DNA of 64,000 nucleotides from Octopus sinensis. Its lineage: Eukaryota. Below, piece after piece: positions 51,201-64,000 of this stretch (position 1 is the stretch's first letter; each line of letters begins with the position of its first letter). The translations under genes and the position numbers were made by a program. A model generated the notes under the pieces. The model searched no databases. It worked only from the letters and a program-made list of their open reading frames with translations, and had not been told where the DNA came from. Location: assembly GCF_006345805.1 (NCBI RefSeq), contig NC_043000.1:145142001-145206000 (forward strand), in the 5' to 3' direction.

Positions 51201-54200
51201 CGTACACACATATATGTGTGGGGTGTTGTTTTTCTGAAATTATCTGATTCTGATTTGATTTGTGCTTTGTCGGTGTATTTACACGAGAAAGATAATTGGC
51301 GATTAGTGCGTACATTTGAAATATGTTACTGTATATGACAAAAAGCAATAAAAAATCGATAATATGTTTATATATTTCTTGGATATTTATCCATCAATGT
51401 TTTAGTCATTTGTTCACAATTTTCTCTGATGTTATTTCATTGGTTCAATGGATATTGATTCGGAAATTATTTTGTATAAACAATTCATAAGGCACTTACT
51501 ATTATCAGAATTGTCAACTGCATTCGGTTTCCACAATTTGGTTATTTGGTTATCATTCCATTAATTTTATATTTTCGTCTGTTACATTTTTGTCTATTGA
51601 ACAGCTAACTCGATCTAGACGAACATCAATTCAAGTGTCCTTGTCAACAATAACTGATCGATTATCCTTCGTATCACTAACTGTGTAGATTGGCATATCA
51701 CATTGGGGTATCTTCCACGTTCTCTGTGAACCCAGAATTTATAAGTGAAGCCATCTGAATTATGTAATTTTGATAACGCTGGTATGGCATAATCTGCCAT
51801 ATATAGAGGATCCCACATCTTTTATGCCGCTGTTGTTCGGTATTCATACATTTTTGCCATGTAAAGGGAGGGTTTCTCTGATATTCTCAAACAATGCCAA
51901 AAGTACCCTTCCAGCGATTCACATATTTTAATAATGCGTGTACTATCAACAAGTATTCGCCTGAGAAATACTACTCCTTGGATACAACTCCTTTGAGACT
52001 CGTTAGAAGTTGTATTTCAACGAATTAAATTCGCAGCTGCTTGTTCTTTGCATTTGTATCATCTACTTCGCTCATGCACATTTTATACACGGCATATTGT
52101 TCTGTAACAAGCCATGCTTGTGAGTAATGTATAAGGTGATCTGTCATTCATTTGAAGATCGACGAAGTTACATACCGTAGGCTGCTGATATTGTCCCCTT
52201 TTCTATAATAATATGTTCGAAACAGGGCAAAAGGAGTGACCAATTGTTGGTAGAATTTCAGCGCATCGCATATATTGACGTTGGTTTCTTTCAGGATTTT
52301 ATTTATAAAAACAACACCTGACCAGAGTGTTATCCACACGTTTGGAGGAGAAATCTAGGGGTTACATAAATTCTTGTGACTCAAAATTATCACAAATCCC
52401 CAGCTGATTTAGAAACACTAAATTGCAGTTAGTTGATATTCACAGTAAGCATCCACATGCAGTAAACATCTAAAGCTAGATAGCTGAAGATGTAGAGGTA
52501 GCAAAACGTATGGTCTGTCATTATGTAGACAGCTCATATTCATATTCACACAAACACACACACACACACACGCATATACATACGGACACACACTCAGGTG
52601 CGCGTACGTGCATGCTTGCACATGCAAATCCATTCATATTTTTATATTAACACGCCTTGTATAACACTTATTACATTTTATCCAGTCAAAATCACCAAAT
52701 GTTTTCTCAGTTCACACTTGTTTTTGAATCACATCTCGGTTCGGTTAATATAAGTTTAGCAAATTTTCCTATGACAGGAAAGTTAGTATTAAAGTTGATA
52801 CAGAACAAAACTTCTTCAGAGCGACGGAGATCTTTGGGCAATACGGCATAAAGCCACCACATTTAACATATATTTATTTCTAAACTGCAATCACATGTTA
52901 TGTTTTTTCTTGCTTTCTGTTATTCTAATGATATACTCTGCTGTACTTCTATTTATTAGTTCACTTTTGCCAGCACCAAAATCCATTACCTGGATCTAAG
53001 TTTATTTTACTATTGACGTAATTCACGTTTTCTGCTGTGTATTATATCATTATGAAGGGTATACTTTCTACAAAGCAATGACATATATTTTCAGCAATAT
53101 TAAGTGTTGGCTTAATAATATAAACAATGTAATATCAGCCTTAATGGCCAGTTTTGTCATTTTTTCGTTTGAAATCCAGTAACGCACGCAAGAAATCGAG
53201 ATAGAATCTTAGTAAAACGTACCTTGGAAATGCTATTGAAAATTACATATTGAACACTACCTATTCTCTCAAATGTTCTTTCATGTATATTTATTATATA
53301 AACACACGAATACATGCCTTCTGTTTCTTCCAATGTATACATTCGTACATACATACACATGCACACAGAAAGAGAGAAAGAGGGAGAAAGGAAGAGAGAG
53401 ATGTTAAATGCAGCTTGCGTTTGTTTCTTATAGTAGGAGAATCGGTTGTAAAGTTTTTGACAAAAATTTCCAAGTAACAAAAGAACACTATTTTACTTTC
53501 GTTTGTGAAGACAATCTTTTAGTAAGTGAATATCAGAATTCCCGACTTATTCCTCTTTTTACTCCCCTCTTACATTCTTTTTCTCACCCACATTAGAAGA
53601 TCAAAGTTAACGTGTTTACATATACCATATAATACTTGAAATAAGTAATGTTCATTTTCATTGTGCCAGGTCCATATTTCTGAGGAAAACAATTTAATAC
53701 GTGATGGCTCATGTTACAAAATGTATTTTTTTTTTAGTATTAAACATTCAAATGGCAGGTAAATAGGAATGGATTGAAGAAAAAAGTGTCACCGCTGTTC
53801 AATCATTTTAGTGGTGAAAAGTGAAAGAAAAATAACAAAGAAGGTATGATAACGTTTATAAAATATAACAGTTTGCTGTAGATGACAAGTTTCATTCTAG
53901 TTAATATAAAGAGATGTTTGACGTATTATATCGATAATAAGAGCTGATTAGAAACTACTATGTGTGAGTGCGCATGTGTGTGTGGTATGTGTGTATTAGT
54001 ATATATAGATGTGTGTATACATAAAGACGCTGAACACGAAGAATTAATACACAACTTTATTATCTGTAAGAATTATGTCTGTACCTCTCCCTTTAGATTT
54101 TGTAAATATAGTTAATTTGAGCTTCAGCGCACAATTAGAGAATGTGACACATTTTAGCACTGTGAATTATTTACTTTTCATTGGAACGTTATAGTGGGAA

Positions 54201-54789
54201 ATGTCTTATACGCAACTCTTTATCTTAACATAGAAATATACACTTCCTCTCACGAATCTATGTAAATCTTTCAATACGTTAGTAGAATCTCAAACCATTC
54301 TTGACCGGTTACGGATAATATATTCACATGATTTCTCCTTGGATATCTAGACTAACAGCCAATTAGGAGATATTACTCTAGAATAATGACTACTTCATTG
54401 AAGACGTAGCAAGTGTGGGTTATGCGGAGCAGATCTCTATGTCTGAGAAGGGCGGGTGTACGTTTTATTCCCGACATCCGGAAGCCATCATAAACCTCCG
54501 ATAACTGTCCGCGGCGAGTACTGAGAAACGGTGGAATGGGTATTTTCAATAATCGTGCCCAAAGTTACGATGAAAACTTTAAAGGATCCATTATTTTAGT
54601 GGTGAATGAGAAAATACAACTGTTAAACCGGATATTCTAGGTATAAGCAACTGAAGCAAATGGCATTCTCTTCCCGTAAGATAAGTAGAAACAGAGCACC
54701 TATTAATAGTCCGAGTGAGCAGGAGGGTATACAATATGTAAATAAGGCTACAAGACAGTTTTTACATGCTCGTTTCCTAGTTTATATCT

Positions 54790-55190
54790 TTTCGTACGAT
54801 ATGGACGAGAGGCAATGTAAGCTATCAAGAGAAAGATTCCAACGGTATAGGCAATGGTGTAAAGAGAAGCAGAGGGTCGATTCACTGGAGCAAACACAGG
54901 AGCAGCAGCATTTCCAAGGGAAAATATGAATCACAGAGAATAGAGTATTTACAACAGATACGAGAACGTGTTCAAGATAGATTAGAAAATTAAAATTAGA
55001 GAGGACATATAAAAAGAACTGTAAAGACATGGTTGAATGTTACAACATTAGTGATATGAATATTCGATGTAATCATTGTGAAGCTCTTAGATTTAGAAAT
55101 GAACGCCTGAACCGCCGCCAAATTGAGAAAATCATGCTCTTTCAATTAAAACTTTACCCAGAAGAAATTAAATGTTTTGTTTTTAAATGA
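54790..55190 (+). pseudogene. Helitron RepHel N-terminal fragment
   Basis: R/E/Q-rich segment, then 55029-55190 MVECYNISDMNIRCNHCEALRFRNER..QLKLYPEEIK, matching the Helitron pattern MN..C.HC.AL.F..E....L..YP..L. Confidence 0.7.
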
Positions 55191-55569
55191 AATATACAAT
55201 TTCAAAAGAAGCACCAACATTCATTGTTCAATATAAACACCCACCCATCTAAAACAATTTGGTACTTACCATGGAATTTCCTCGGTTACTACTAGTTATG
55301 ATTATTATTATTTTCACTGCTCGTCTCCCTGACTGAGCTGCAATCGAGGATGAATTTATCATGGTTCGTTCTTCAGTGACTGTAGTCTATTTATCTCCTA
55401 CATTGAATCTTTCCTACTTTTTCGAAACTTTGTCAACACCAGTGTATGAAATATTAATAATAATAATATTATTCACAACCTCTGTATCGGGCTTTCGATG
55501 TTCAATTTCATGAGCATAGTGTATCTTTAAATGTTATAGGATATACACTTGCTATTTTCAATTGCTCCT

Positions 55570-56110
55570 AGGGTCTGCCTGCAACGCCTCTCTTCTTCCT
55601 TGAATCCATACTTACCACTGTAAAAATTATAGTGCCTTGGTCTGCGTCAACTTTTGGTCATCTTTCTACCATCATTCACAGTATGGCATTCAGTCTCATC
55701 ATTATCACTGCACAACCTGCGTTTGTCACTTCTTTCAGTACAGCATTCTCATAGTTGAACTTTGTGTAATGTATCTTAAGTCATTGCTTCAGTATCTGGC
55801 TTCGAGTCACACTTCCTTATTCAATAGCATCTACCCTCAACACCTGTGTTCATGCTCACCGTTCTAGCAAACTACCCGTACACTGTGTTTACTTTCACCT
55901 TTTTTACACATGTTTGTCTTGAACTTCTCTGACAGCATGTATGTATATGTCCTGACTACGCCAGATATTCTCACTTGGACCAGCAAGGATCCAATGGCAC
56001 TTTTGCTATACCAACACAAGCTATTTGCTTCTGATATTTACAGCTTTCGCAGAGTACCAAACATCACCAAACATTGTACTTGATTCGACAAAGCCTGCCA
56101 CTACGGTTTT
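55570..56110 (-). mobile_element. Very degenerate LINE (RTE/CR1-like) post-RT remnant
   Basis: Minus strand ends in RKKRGVAGRP (cf. KR.RGRP) after weak similarity to the LINE C-terminal region. Heavily decayed. Confidence 0.4.
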
Positions 56111-58949
56111 TGGAGTGAATTGAACTGTGCATTGTAAGTAGATTTCTCTATATTCTGTCTACTATCTGCAGCTCATCATTCTTTCTATTTGAAAATACTT
56201 TCATGTCTATAATGCAATCGTTCATCAGACACTTGATTATAACTAAGAATAGTGATGCTTTGTAGTGATCACATGGCTATAAAAAATAACCCTCTCAAAA
56301 TTGTAGATCCGAGCTATTGTATATAGTGTTATATATCGAAATCCAAGCCTATCATTCTCAGAAAATATGTACATCATGCATCGTAATATGGAAAGAGTAA
56401 CGAAATATGTACAGTTGGAATATAGCAACATCTTACGGAAAACATTTCGGTTATAAATATGTAATGCTAATTTGAAACACGTAAAAATACAATAGTGAAG
56501 TAAGTACATGCAGTATATTACGAAATAGCTTCTTTGATTCAGGAAGGTTTTTAGAGTGAAGTATCTTCGGTGATTAATATAGTACATATATCATAAAGAT
56601 TAAATTGTATTTCTGATGACAAACCAATTTCGAAATAAACCCATTCGATGTAGTCTTAGCCTGCAATATGATCTGATGAACTGACAGTGTTCTTGTGATT
56701 TGATGCTTAATTTGTTGGGCTTTACAATTAACTCTTGAACTGCTTTCGATTATAATTGCTGAAATTTATAAAAGTTGCTATTACTCACGTTGTAATTTGA
56801 CTCATGAAGCTCAAGTGTGAATACTCACACATACATATGGACATGTGTACATATGTGCGTACGCGTCAATATACGTATACTACAGATGATAAAAAATATA
56901 AACTACTGAAACACCTGACAGGTATTTTCGGAATTATATTTGTTGAAGCAAAGTACCATGGCAGTTGAGGCGACGTTGAAACCTTTAACTTCAATGTAGA
57001 CTTTTTGATTAAAATGACGAACTAAAAACTAATTAAAAATAGCCGAGTGTCAAAAGTTAAACTTGTGTATATACTTGCACAAGTACATGAAAATGTCCAG
57101 ATGTTCACAACTGTAAGGATTTGGAACTAAGGTCTGCTAAATAACAGCATAGTCAATGAATCACAGAATTTATTTTTCCTGTAAGTGCTATCATTTAGCA
57201 TATGGACAACATCTTCAGGCTTACGCGAACGCTGTAATATATAGATTATGCTTGCTGAATAATTAAGTCTGCTATTACAGACCGATACTGAGACTAACGT
57301 CTGTGTAATTACTATTCACGCATTGACTGATGGCAATGTTATTAGGCGAATCTGTAGAATTACTTGTTATTAATTGCACGCATTTTCTTTAATTTAAAGA
57401 TTTGAAATTCCTATTATTCAAAACACCATTTTCCAGGAATTTCTGGCGGAATCTGATATATTGACTTTATTTGCGTTTGTTAAACACTGTTATTACCACG
57501 TCTTCATTCATTCTCTTGCTCACAAACTTGTCCTTTCTGTAGCTACGTTTAAACCATAGTTCTCAAGCTATCATAATAATGATAAAAAATGATATTGACG
57601 AAGTTCCGTTTTAGCAAGAAAAACTAAAGTTGAACTAACAATGAGAACAATAATGAAGGAAAGAAATCACACAAAAAACTTTACGTGTATCTCGTTGCTG
57701 TTTTCTTTGTGGGTGTAAACGAGTCACGACCTTTTTTATCTTCAAATTCTAAAAGCTAACTGAAACCTTTGTTAGCTATAAGGTCTCACACAAATATCAT
57801 GTGTAAATGACTATTATTGAAAAGAAAAATCCAGTCATGGCGAACTGTTTTCATTGTGACGGAGATTGACCTATTGAAAACATTCGTTGCATGTCAGTAG
57901 CAAGTTTGAAAAATAAAATACATCAGCAGCAGGAACGTCAATACAAAATAACACCACCAATAATAAACATTTGGTTATATATGAATTTGTGGCAAAACAA
58001 AATTGCTGGTTTGGGTCGCTTTCCCTGTACTGTCATATTTCTATGTTTCTGAGGAATTATCTTCTCTAGTATTTCCCAACTATTCTGCCTTCCACAATAT
58101 TCCAAACCTTATATATAGCATTAAGTTCATTTCAAAAATTCAACATGGCTGTGAGCATGTTTTTACACGAATAAATCAGATATAGCGATAAAAGATAGTG
58201 ATGTAGGGGAATAAAGAGAAATTTGGTTAAAGTGCTTGGAAGAAGGAATACCTTTTTTAAGAATTAGAGTGACATAACTATAAAGATAGAAAGATATCTT
58301 CTGGGGGAAATGAACAGATATATTGAAAAAATGCAACAGAATGAGAGGTATGAAGTGAAAAAAGAAAGCAGATAAAAATGAGTAAGTATGGTATAGAAAG
58401 CGAAAAAGAATGTAAGCGCAAGAAACAGCAGCAAGGGAGCTGACAGACTACACATATATAAACTTTGTCGTGTACTTGTTAGCCAGAAGCAGATAAAGGT
58501 AGATATGCTATGGCTAAGACCATCAAATCAGGAATGAATATTACAGGGATGCCAGAAAGGTGATCTCCCTCCTTAGATTAGAAAAAAATTAAATACGCTT
58601 TCAAGTAACTTATATATCATAAATGGAAACACAAAACACTATGTTTGTGTGCACATGTGTAGGTGTGCGTATCTGCGGTGTGGTGGGTGTGGTGTCGGTA
58701 GTCGGAGATGTTTGAGAAAGACAATTCCAGAACATTTTAATTAAGCATCTCCACAAATGGTATTTATGATTTTAATATAGCGATCTAATATTTGGGCGGT
58801 ACATCAGTTCCCTGTATCCATCAAATCGACGTTGCCTGTACAGGCGCAAGATCTATCACACTTAAGATATCGAAGTGATCGCCGGACAACGTGAGTCGGT
58901 TTGTTTTGCTGAAGAATACAATGCAATGTTCAGCACCCTGATCACTACA

Positions 58950-59033
58950 TACATGTGTGTATGTATGTGTGTGAGTGAGTGTATATATATATATATATAT
59001 ATATATATGTAAATATATATATATATATAATAT

Positions 59034-59129
<96 letters not shown>

Positions 59130-59135
59130 TGAGTG
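58950..59135. repeat. (AT)n/(GT)n microsatellite
   Basis: Direct repeats. Confidence 0.97.
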
Positions 59136-61025
59136 TATCCCACACGCACAAATCTGAGCAATAGCCTTTTTCCAACTACTTGGAAACTATATTAAAAGAA
59201 TTTGGTTAAATATATTTAACAAATAGTTACCATATGTAATAGAATGCACCAAATGTAAGTAGAATGCAGATCTCAGATAAATCCTCATGTATGATTGGTA
59301 AATGCAAATATACATTTACCATCTGAAAAAAGAATTTAGCTATCGAAAAACGCTAACAAAAAGAAACGCCAAGCCAAATTTAACTTTAGACATTCATTAC
59401 CGGGAAATGTATTATTAAAATAATCTAGATATAGCAAATTTTATCTTCATATCTAGCTTCAAATAATGCACGGTCAAAGTAATTTTGATTCTTTTTAAAT
59501 ACGTCCTCATTAACCGAAAGTCTCGAAATACGGGTAGTTATATTTTTAATGACTTTATTATAATTCTTGGATGAATAGAAATGTTATTTACAAATGAATT
59601 GAATTGAAATTTTATTTACATATCTTAAGTACTGATTTTGCTAATGATAAGGTTGGTATAACTCAATACCTAAATTAAAAGTATCATCCAGGAAGTTAAC
59701 CCTTTCATACACATTTTCTATAGTTAATGAGGGACCTAGACGCTTAAAGAATTTAGAAAGATTTGTTATTGATATTTCTAAATCAACTACATTAGATCTA
59801 TATATAGTGAATAGAGCATCTTCTCTATATAATCCATCTCCAAATCTATGAAATTCATTATATATACATTTAAGAATATAAATGCCACATAAATTGGTTA
59901 CTTGAGCCGATGACAGTGTGTAATAATGAATTGATTTATGTATATGTATACTACAGGCTTACTTTTGTTTCCGTATTTTAAACCCACCCACAAGGCTTTA
60001 GTGAATCTGCGGATATAGTAGAAAGCATATGTCGAAGATCCCACGCAGCGGGACGGAGCCCACATTGATGTACGTGAGCAAACTTCATACCTCATAGTCC
60101 CGGTTATGTATGTATCGAACTCATTTCACAAAAAATGAATCACGTAGAGTGGCCAATAAATGCGTGATTACACAGGCAGTGCAACGGCAGGGACACAGGT
60201 AAGGGGTGAATAATGCAAATGGATAAAAGGTTCGATTATGCATATGTTTGGATTATATGTGCTTGAACGTGCCTATACGTGGAAGCGCATCAAGTTCGGT
60301 TTTTGCCAAGTGTATATTCCTGAACTGTCGACACAGAGCTAGTATGCTGTTATGTATTATAATGAAAACGTGCATCGGGTTAACGTATCATTTGCATCAG
60401 AAAACTGGTAGAATTTTTAATCTATTTTACAAAAAAGCAACTTCGTCAGTTAAAGACATGGTAAAAACGAAAATATTGAAAATTTCAGGCGTTCCCCAAA
60501 CCTTGATATACTAAAGAAAATTAGCATTTTGTGACAGGTTAAAGAGATTAAATGTTAATAGATAATTATATTGTAATAAGTATTTTGCTTATAGAAATCA
60601 GCTAAGAAAATATTGGTTGTACTGTTCAATGTCTACGTGTTTCGCGAAAAAGATCGATAAACCAAATAGCGTTGAGTCTTTATTGTTAATAATTTCTGGT
60701 AGATTTGAGCGTCAACATCTAGTCGATTATCTGTTGTTTGCTAATGACCCGGTAAACGTCTTTTCGTTGTAGACGGTGTGTGTTCTTAATCGTTGTAAGA
60801 GAATATTGCGACAGCACTGTGTTTCCAAACTGATGTGTGTCACCTACGTGAAATCTTCACCGATATTCACTATCGGATATGAAGGGCGGCAGTAAGACTG
60901 GGTAGACACGCTGTTATACAGATTGCTCTTTCTGAATTACACATACATACGCACACACACAGAGAAAACACATACATACAGACATACACACACACAAACA
61001 GACATACACCCAAAATACGTCACAC

Positions 61026-61080
<55 letters not shown>

Positions 61081-61082
<2 letters not shown>

Positions 61083-61270
61083 TTAATCCAAACAAGAAAG
61101 CACAAAAAAGGAACACCGCGAACACGTGGAACAAATATAGTATTATTGGACGCTCAGGAAAGGAGGGTCTAACGTTTCGAGCGGAGCTCTTCGTCGGAAA
61201 TATAGGAGAAGGAAAGATCCAGAGAAGGGAAGACAGAGGGAAAATCGCCAACGGTACACACGCGATCACA
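61081..61270 (-). mobile_element. Interspersed repeat with hammerhead-like motif (sibling of 4837-5020)
   Basis: Shared AGTTAATCCAAAC start, CGTTTCGAGCGGAGCTCTTC core and AATCGCCAACGGTACACACGCG end. Confidence 0.6.
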
Positions 61271-61296
61271 TTTTGAAAGACCGGAAGGAAAAGGGT

Positions 61297-61420
<124 letters not shown>

Positions 61421-61758
61421 TTACTATGAAGCATCGTGTAGAATATATTGTAAAAAGGATCGTGGGTAATGCAAGAACAAAACAAATTGAATGCAAGGTA
61501 CATAAAAAGGAAACAAATATATGAAATAATGCAGACTTACATTTTATTCAATATTTCAGGGTTATGACCCCGTGTTCAAGAAATTAATGAATGTTGCCGA
61601 CATGCGTGTGTGTGAGCATGTATGGAAAGGACATGCGCGGAAAGGTATTGATATAGCAACCACCTAGCTTTTGTAACTCTTTTCTGTTATTTATCTTAGG
61701 TTTCTTTGGTGTATGAGGATGATCGCTGAGATTCTAAGGGTGTCCCTGTGCCGCTGTG

Positions 61759-62064
61759 CTACCTTGATGTGCGCCGTGAATTCCCATATCTGGCATTTCT
61801 GTAATTGTTTACTTCACGACAGAGTCTGACTGAATTTATTCCTTCTGGTATATATAGTTTCCTTGTTGAGCTTCGTATGTATGATGCGCCACATTTGCAA
61901 CAGAAGAACTTGTATATAACATAGGTCCTCTTGCACAATTCAGGGTCATTGATGAAGCAGTTCGATAATGTACACTCTTTGTAGTAGTAAGAGGAGTTGT
62001 CCTTGGACAAAGGCTTTCTCAGGGGTGGGGCTTGGAATTCACATCCTTTAAACAATATACACAA
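61759..62064 (-). pseudogene. Penelope-like GIY-YIG endonuclease remnant
   Basis: LCKRTYVIYKFFCCKCGASYIRSSTRKL resembles V.Y.F.C.C.A.YIG.T.R.L, followed by PEGIN (cf. P.GLN terminus). Confidence 0.7.
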
Positions 62065-62220
62065 CTATCCTTTATCTTTATATATATATATATACATTTA
62101 ACAGTTAAGGATAACTTCCTAATAAGGATTCTTAACAAGAAATTAACAGGTAGTTAGCGTGAAAAACCTCATAAGAGAAAAATTCGAAAATAATTTTTTT
62201 TCTTTTGAACATATTAATTT

Positions 62221-62425
62221 ATATTATATAGAGGGCATTATTACACATATAATGCCTCACATAAGAGGGACATAAGTCATTACTACCAACATTTCACTAA
62301 TCATACCCAATGCAGTTTTTCAAAGCAAGACATTTAAAAAACTGCATTGGGTATGATTAGTGAAATTTTGGTAGTAATGACTTATGTCCCTCTTAGTGTG
62401 AGGCATTTATGTGTAATAATGCCCT

Positions 62426-62435
<10 letters not shown>
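62221..62435. repeat. Near-perfect ~95-bp-arm hairpin
   Basis: 62221-62320 pairs with 62336-62435 with one mismatch and two 1-nt indels in the core. Loop CAAAGCAAGACATTT (15 nt). Confidence 0.95.
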
Positions 62436-62464
<29 letters not shown>

Positions 62465-62744
62465 TATATATATATACAAAACATATATATATACATACAT
62501 ACATGCATACATACATACACACATATGTATGTACATACATATTTTTAATTATTGATAGTTCAAAAAAGGCAAAGAATTTCTCATTCAATAGATTTATTTG
62601 CTGTATTTAATCATACCTCCTTATATTATTTACAGTTTCGAAGCTGCAGGTGTGTCTGATTATCCAGACGTGTGCTGTCGCTGAAAGGAACGTTTGAGCA
62701 TGTTATTTTGTTGAGAATAATTGTCATTTCCCATTACTCATATA

Positions 62745-62757
62745 TAATATATATGTG

Positions 62758-62843
<86 letters not shown>

Positions 62844-62849
62844 TATATA

Positions 62850-62897
<48 letters not shown>

Positions 62898-62927
62898 GTA
62901 TATATATATATGTATATATATATATAA
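62745..62927. repeat. (AT)n microsatellite
   Basis: Direct repeat. Confidence 0.97.
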
Positions 62928-62929
62928 TT

Positions 62930-63070
62930 TAATCCAAAAGGGAAACATAAACAACAACACAGGAACAATTACAGTATTATATTATAGGCGCTCAGGAGAT
63001 GGAAGCAGGGAGGTATACGTTTCGAGCGGAGTTCGTCGGATGATAAAGATGACTGGTGTTACGAGTTGCA
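62930..63070 (-). mobile_element. Further degenerate copy related to the 4837/61081 family
   Basis: TTAATCCAAA..GCGCTCAGGA..ACGTTTCGAGCGGAGTTCGTCGG. Confidence 0.55.
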
Positions 63071-63454
63071 CATGTTGAGAGTGGGTTTTATGCAAAAGAG
63101 TGGAGACAAGGTTGGTAACCCAACATAAGGTGTGTATGTGTGGTGTGTGCGTGTGCGTGTGTAGTGTGTGTGTGAGGCGAGATGATAGTGTGTGTTAGTG
63201 TGTGCGTTGTGTAGGGTGTGAGGTAGGGCGAGACTAGTGGTAGCTAGCAGACAGTATCAGTAGTAGAAAAAGAAGAGGAGGAGAAGGAGGGAGATGTAGT
63301 AGCGTGCCACTGAGTAGTATGTGTCCAGTGTCGGGTGGTATATGGCGAGTAGATGAATGTGTGTAAGATGATGTATATATATAGGCAAGTATATGTGTGC
63401 GCTGTGTACGAAAATAAGGAAAAAGGACTCCAGCTATGAAGAATAGATATATAT

Positions 63455-63485
<31 letters not shown>

Positions 63486-63887
63486 CATATGTATATATGT
63501 GGGTTCTGTGTGTGTGTAGTGCATGTATGGTTGCGTGTGTGCGTGGTTGTGTGGGTGTGGCATGTGTATGCGGTATAGTGTGTGAATGTAATGGCTACTT
63601 CGCGTCTAACTAATGAAATGACGAAGCACCTGCAGGATATATACGCTGCTAATTCTATCACAAAATTAGTTGGCCACCGATATATATCGTAGTCAGCAAA
63701 TTTTCGGCCTGCATTTCTGAAATGCAAGAGGTTAATTTATTTGAATGTGACAAACTGTTGAATAAAAACAGCATTCTGTAAATTCACTATATCGAAATTA
63801 AATTTTGTTACTTTCATGTGGGTGTATGGAATATTTAGTTGGCCAATTTGTTTATATATCATAGTTCTGTTTATCTGTTTATATCTT

Positions 63888-64000
63888 TCTAGCAGTATCG
63901 CCCGGCGTTGCTCAGGTTTGTAAGGGAAATAACTATAAAGCATTTTTAGAGAGTTATAGCCAAAAAATAGCAAAAAAATGGAAAAAAATGATGGTAAATT
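63888..64000 (+). mobile_element. Probable 5' end of a non-autonomous Helitron
   Basis: Begins TCTAGCAGTATCGCCCGGCGTTGCTCAGG, a TC start with the CCCGGCGTTGC.CGG subterminal motif. Truncated by the window end. Confidence 0.55.

Noticed and set aside
60020-60095. Short GC-richer frame MSKIPRSGTEPTLMY with a GTGAGC donor
   Set aside because: It is a degenerate antisense head of SINE family B (compare KMPRSGTEPGTMW in the 13812 ORF).

Overview
AT-rich eukaryotic genomic DNA, most likely intronic or intergenic, with very dense (AT)n, (GT)n, (CA)n and (CT)n microsatellites. These repeats account for most ORFs in the supplied track. I recognise the SINE families from memory as those of Octopus (coleoid cephalopod), which is an inference rather than a database result. 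No intact, identifiable host protein-coding gene is visible, only low-confidence candidate exons. Recognisable content is transposon-derived: three or four tRNA-type SINE families, an R4/Dong-like REL-endonuclease LINE remnant, RTE-like LINE fragments (one ending in three tandem C2H2-like fingers), Penelope GIY-YIG remnants, Tc1 and mariner transposase relics, a TIR MITE and Helitron pieces. The most interesting signals are: (1) a complete minimal type I hammerhead ribozyme motif with a compensatory U3:A8 core pair, capping a ~130-nt hairpin (45335-45465, minus strand); (2) a second, degenerate hammerhead-like repeat family with four copies; (3) an indel-free duplicated ~130-bp module behind polypyrimidine/CAG acceptors at 38.0-38.7 kb, a candidate pair of mutually exclusive exons; (4) several long near-perfect fold-back elements.
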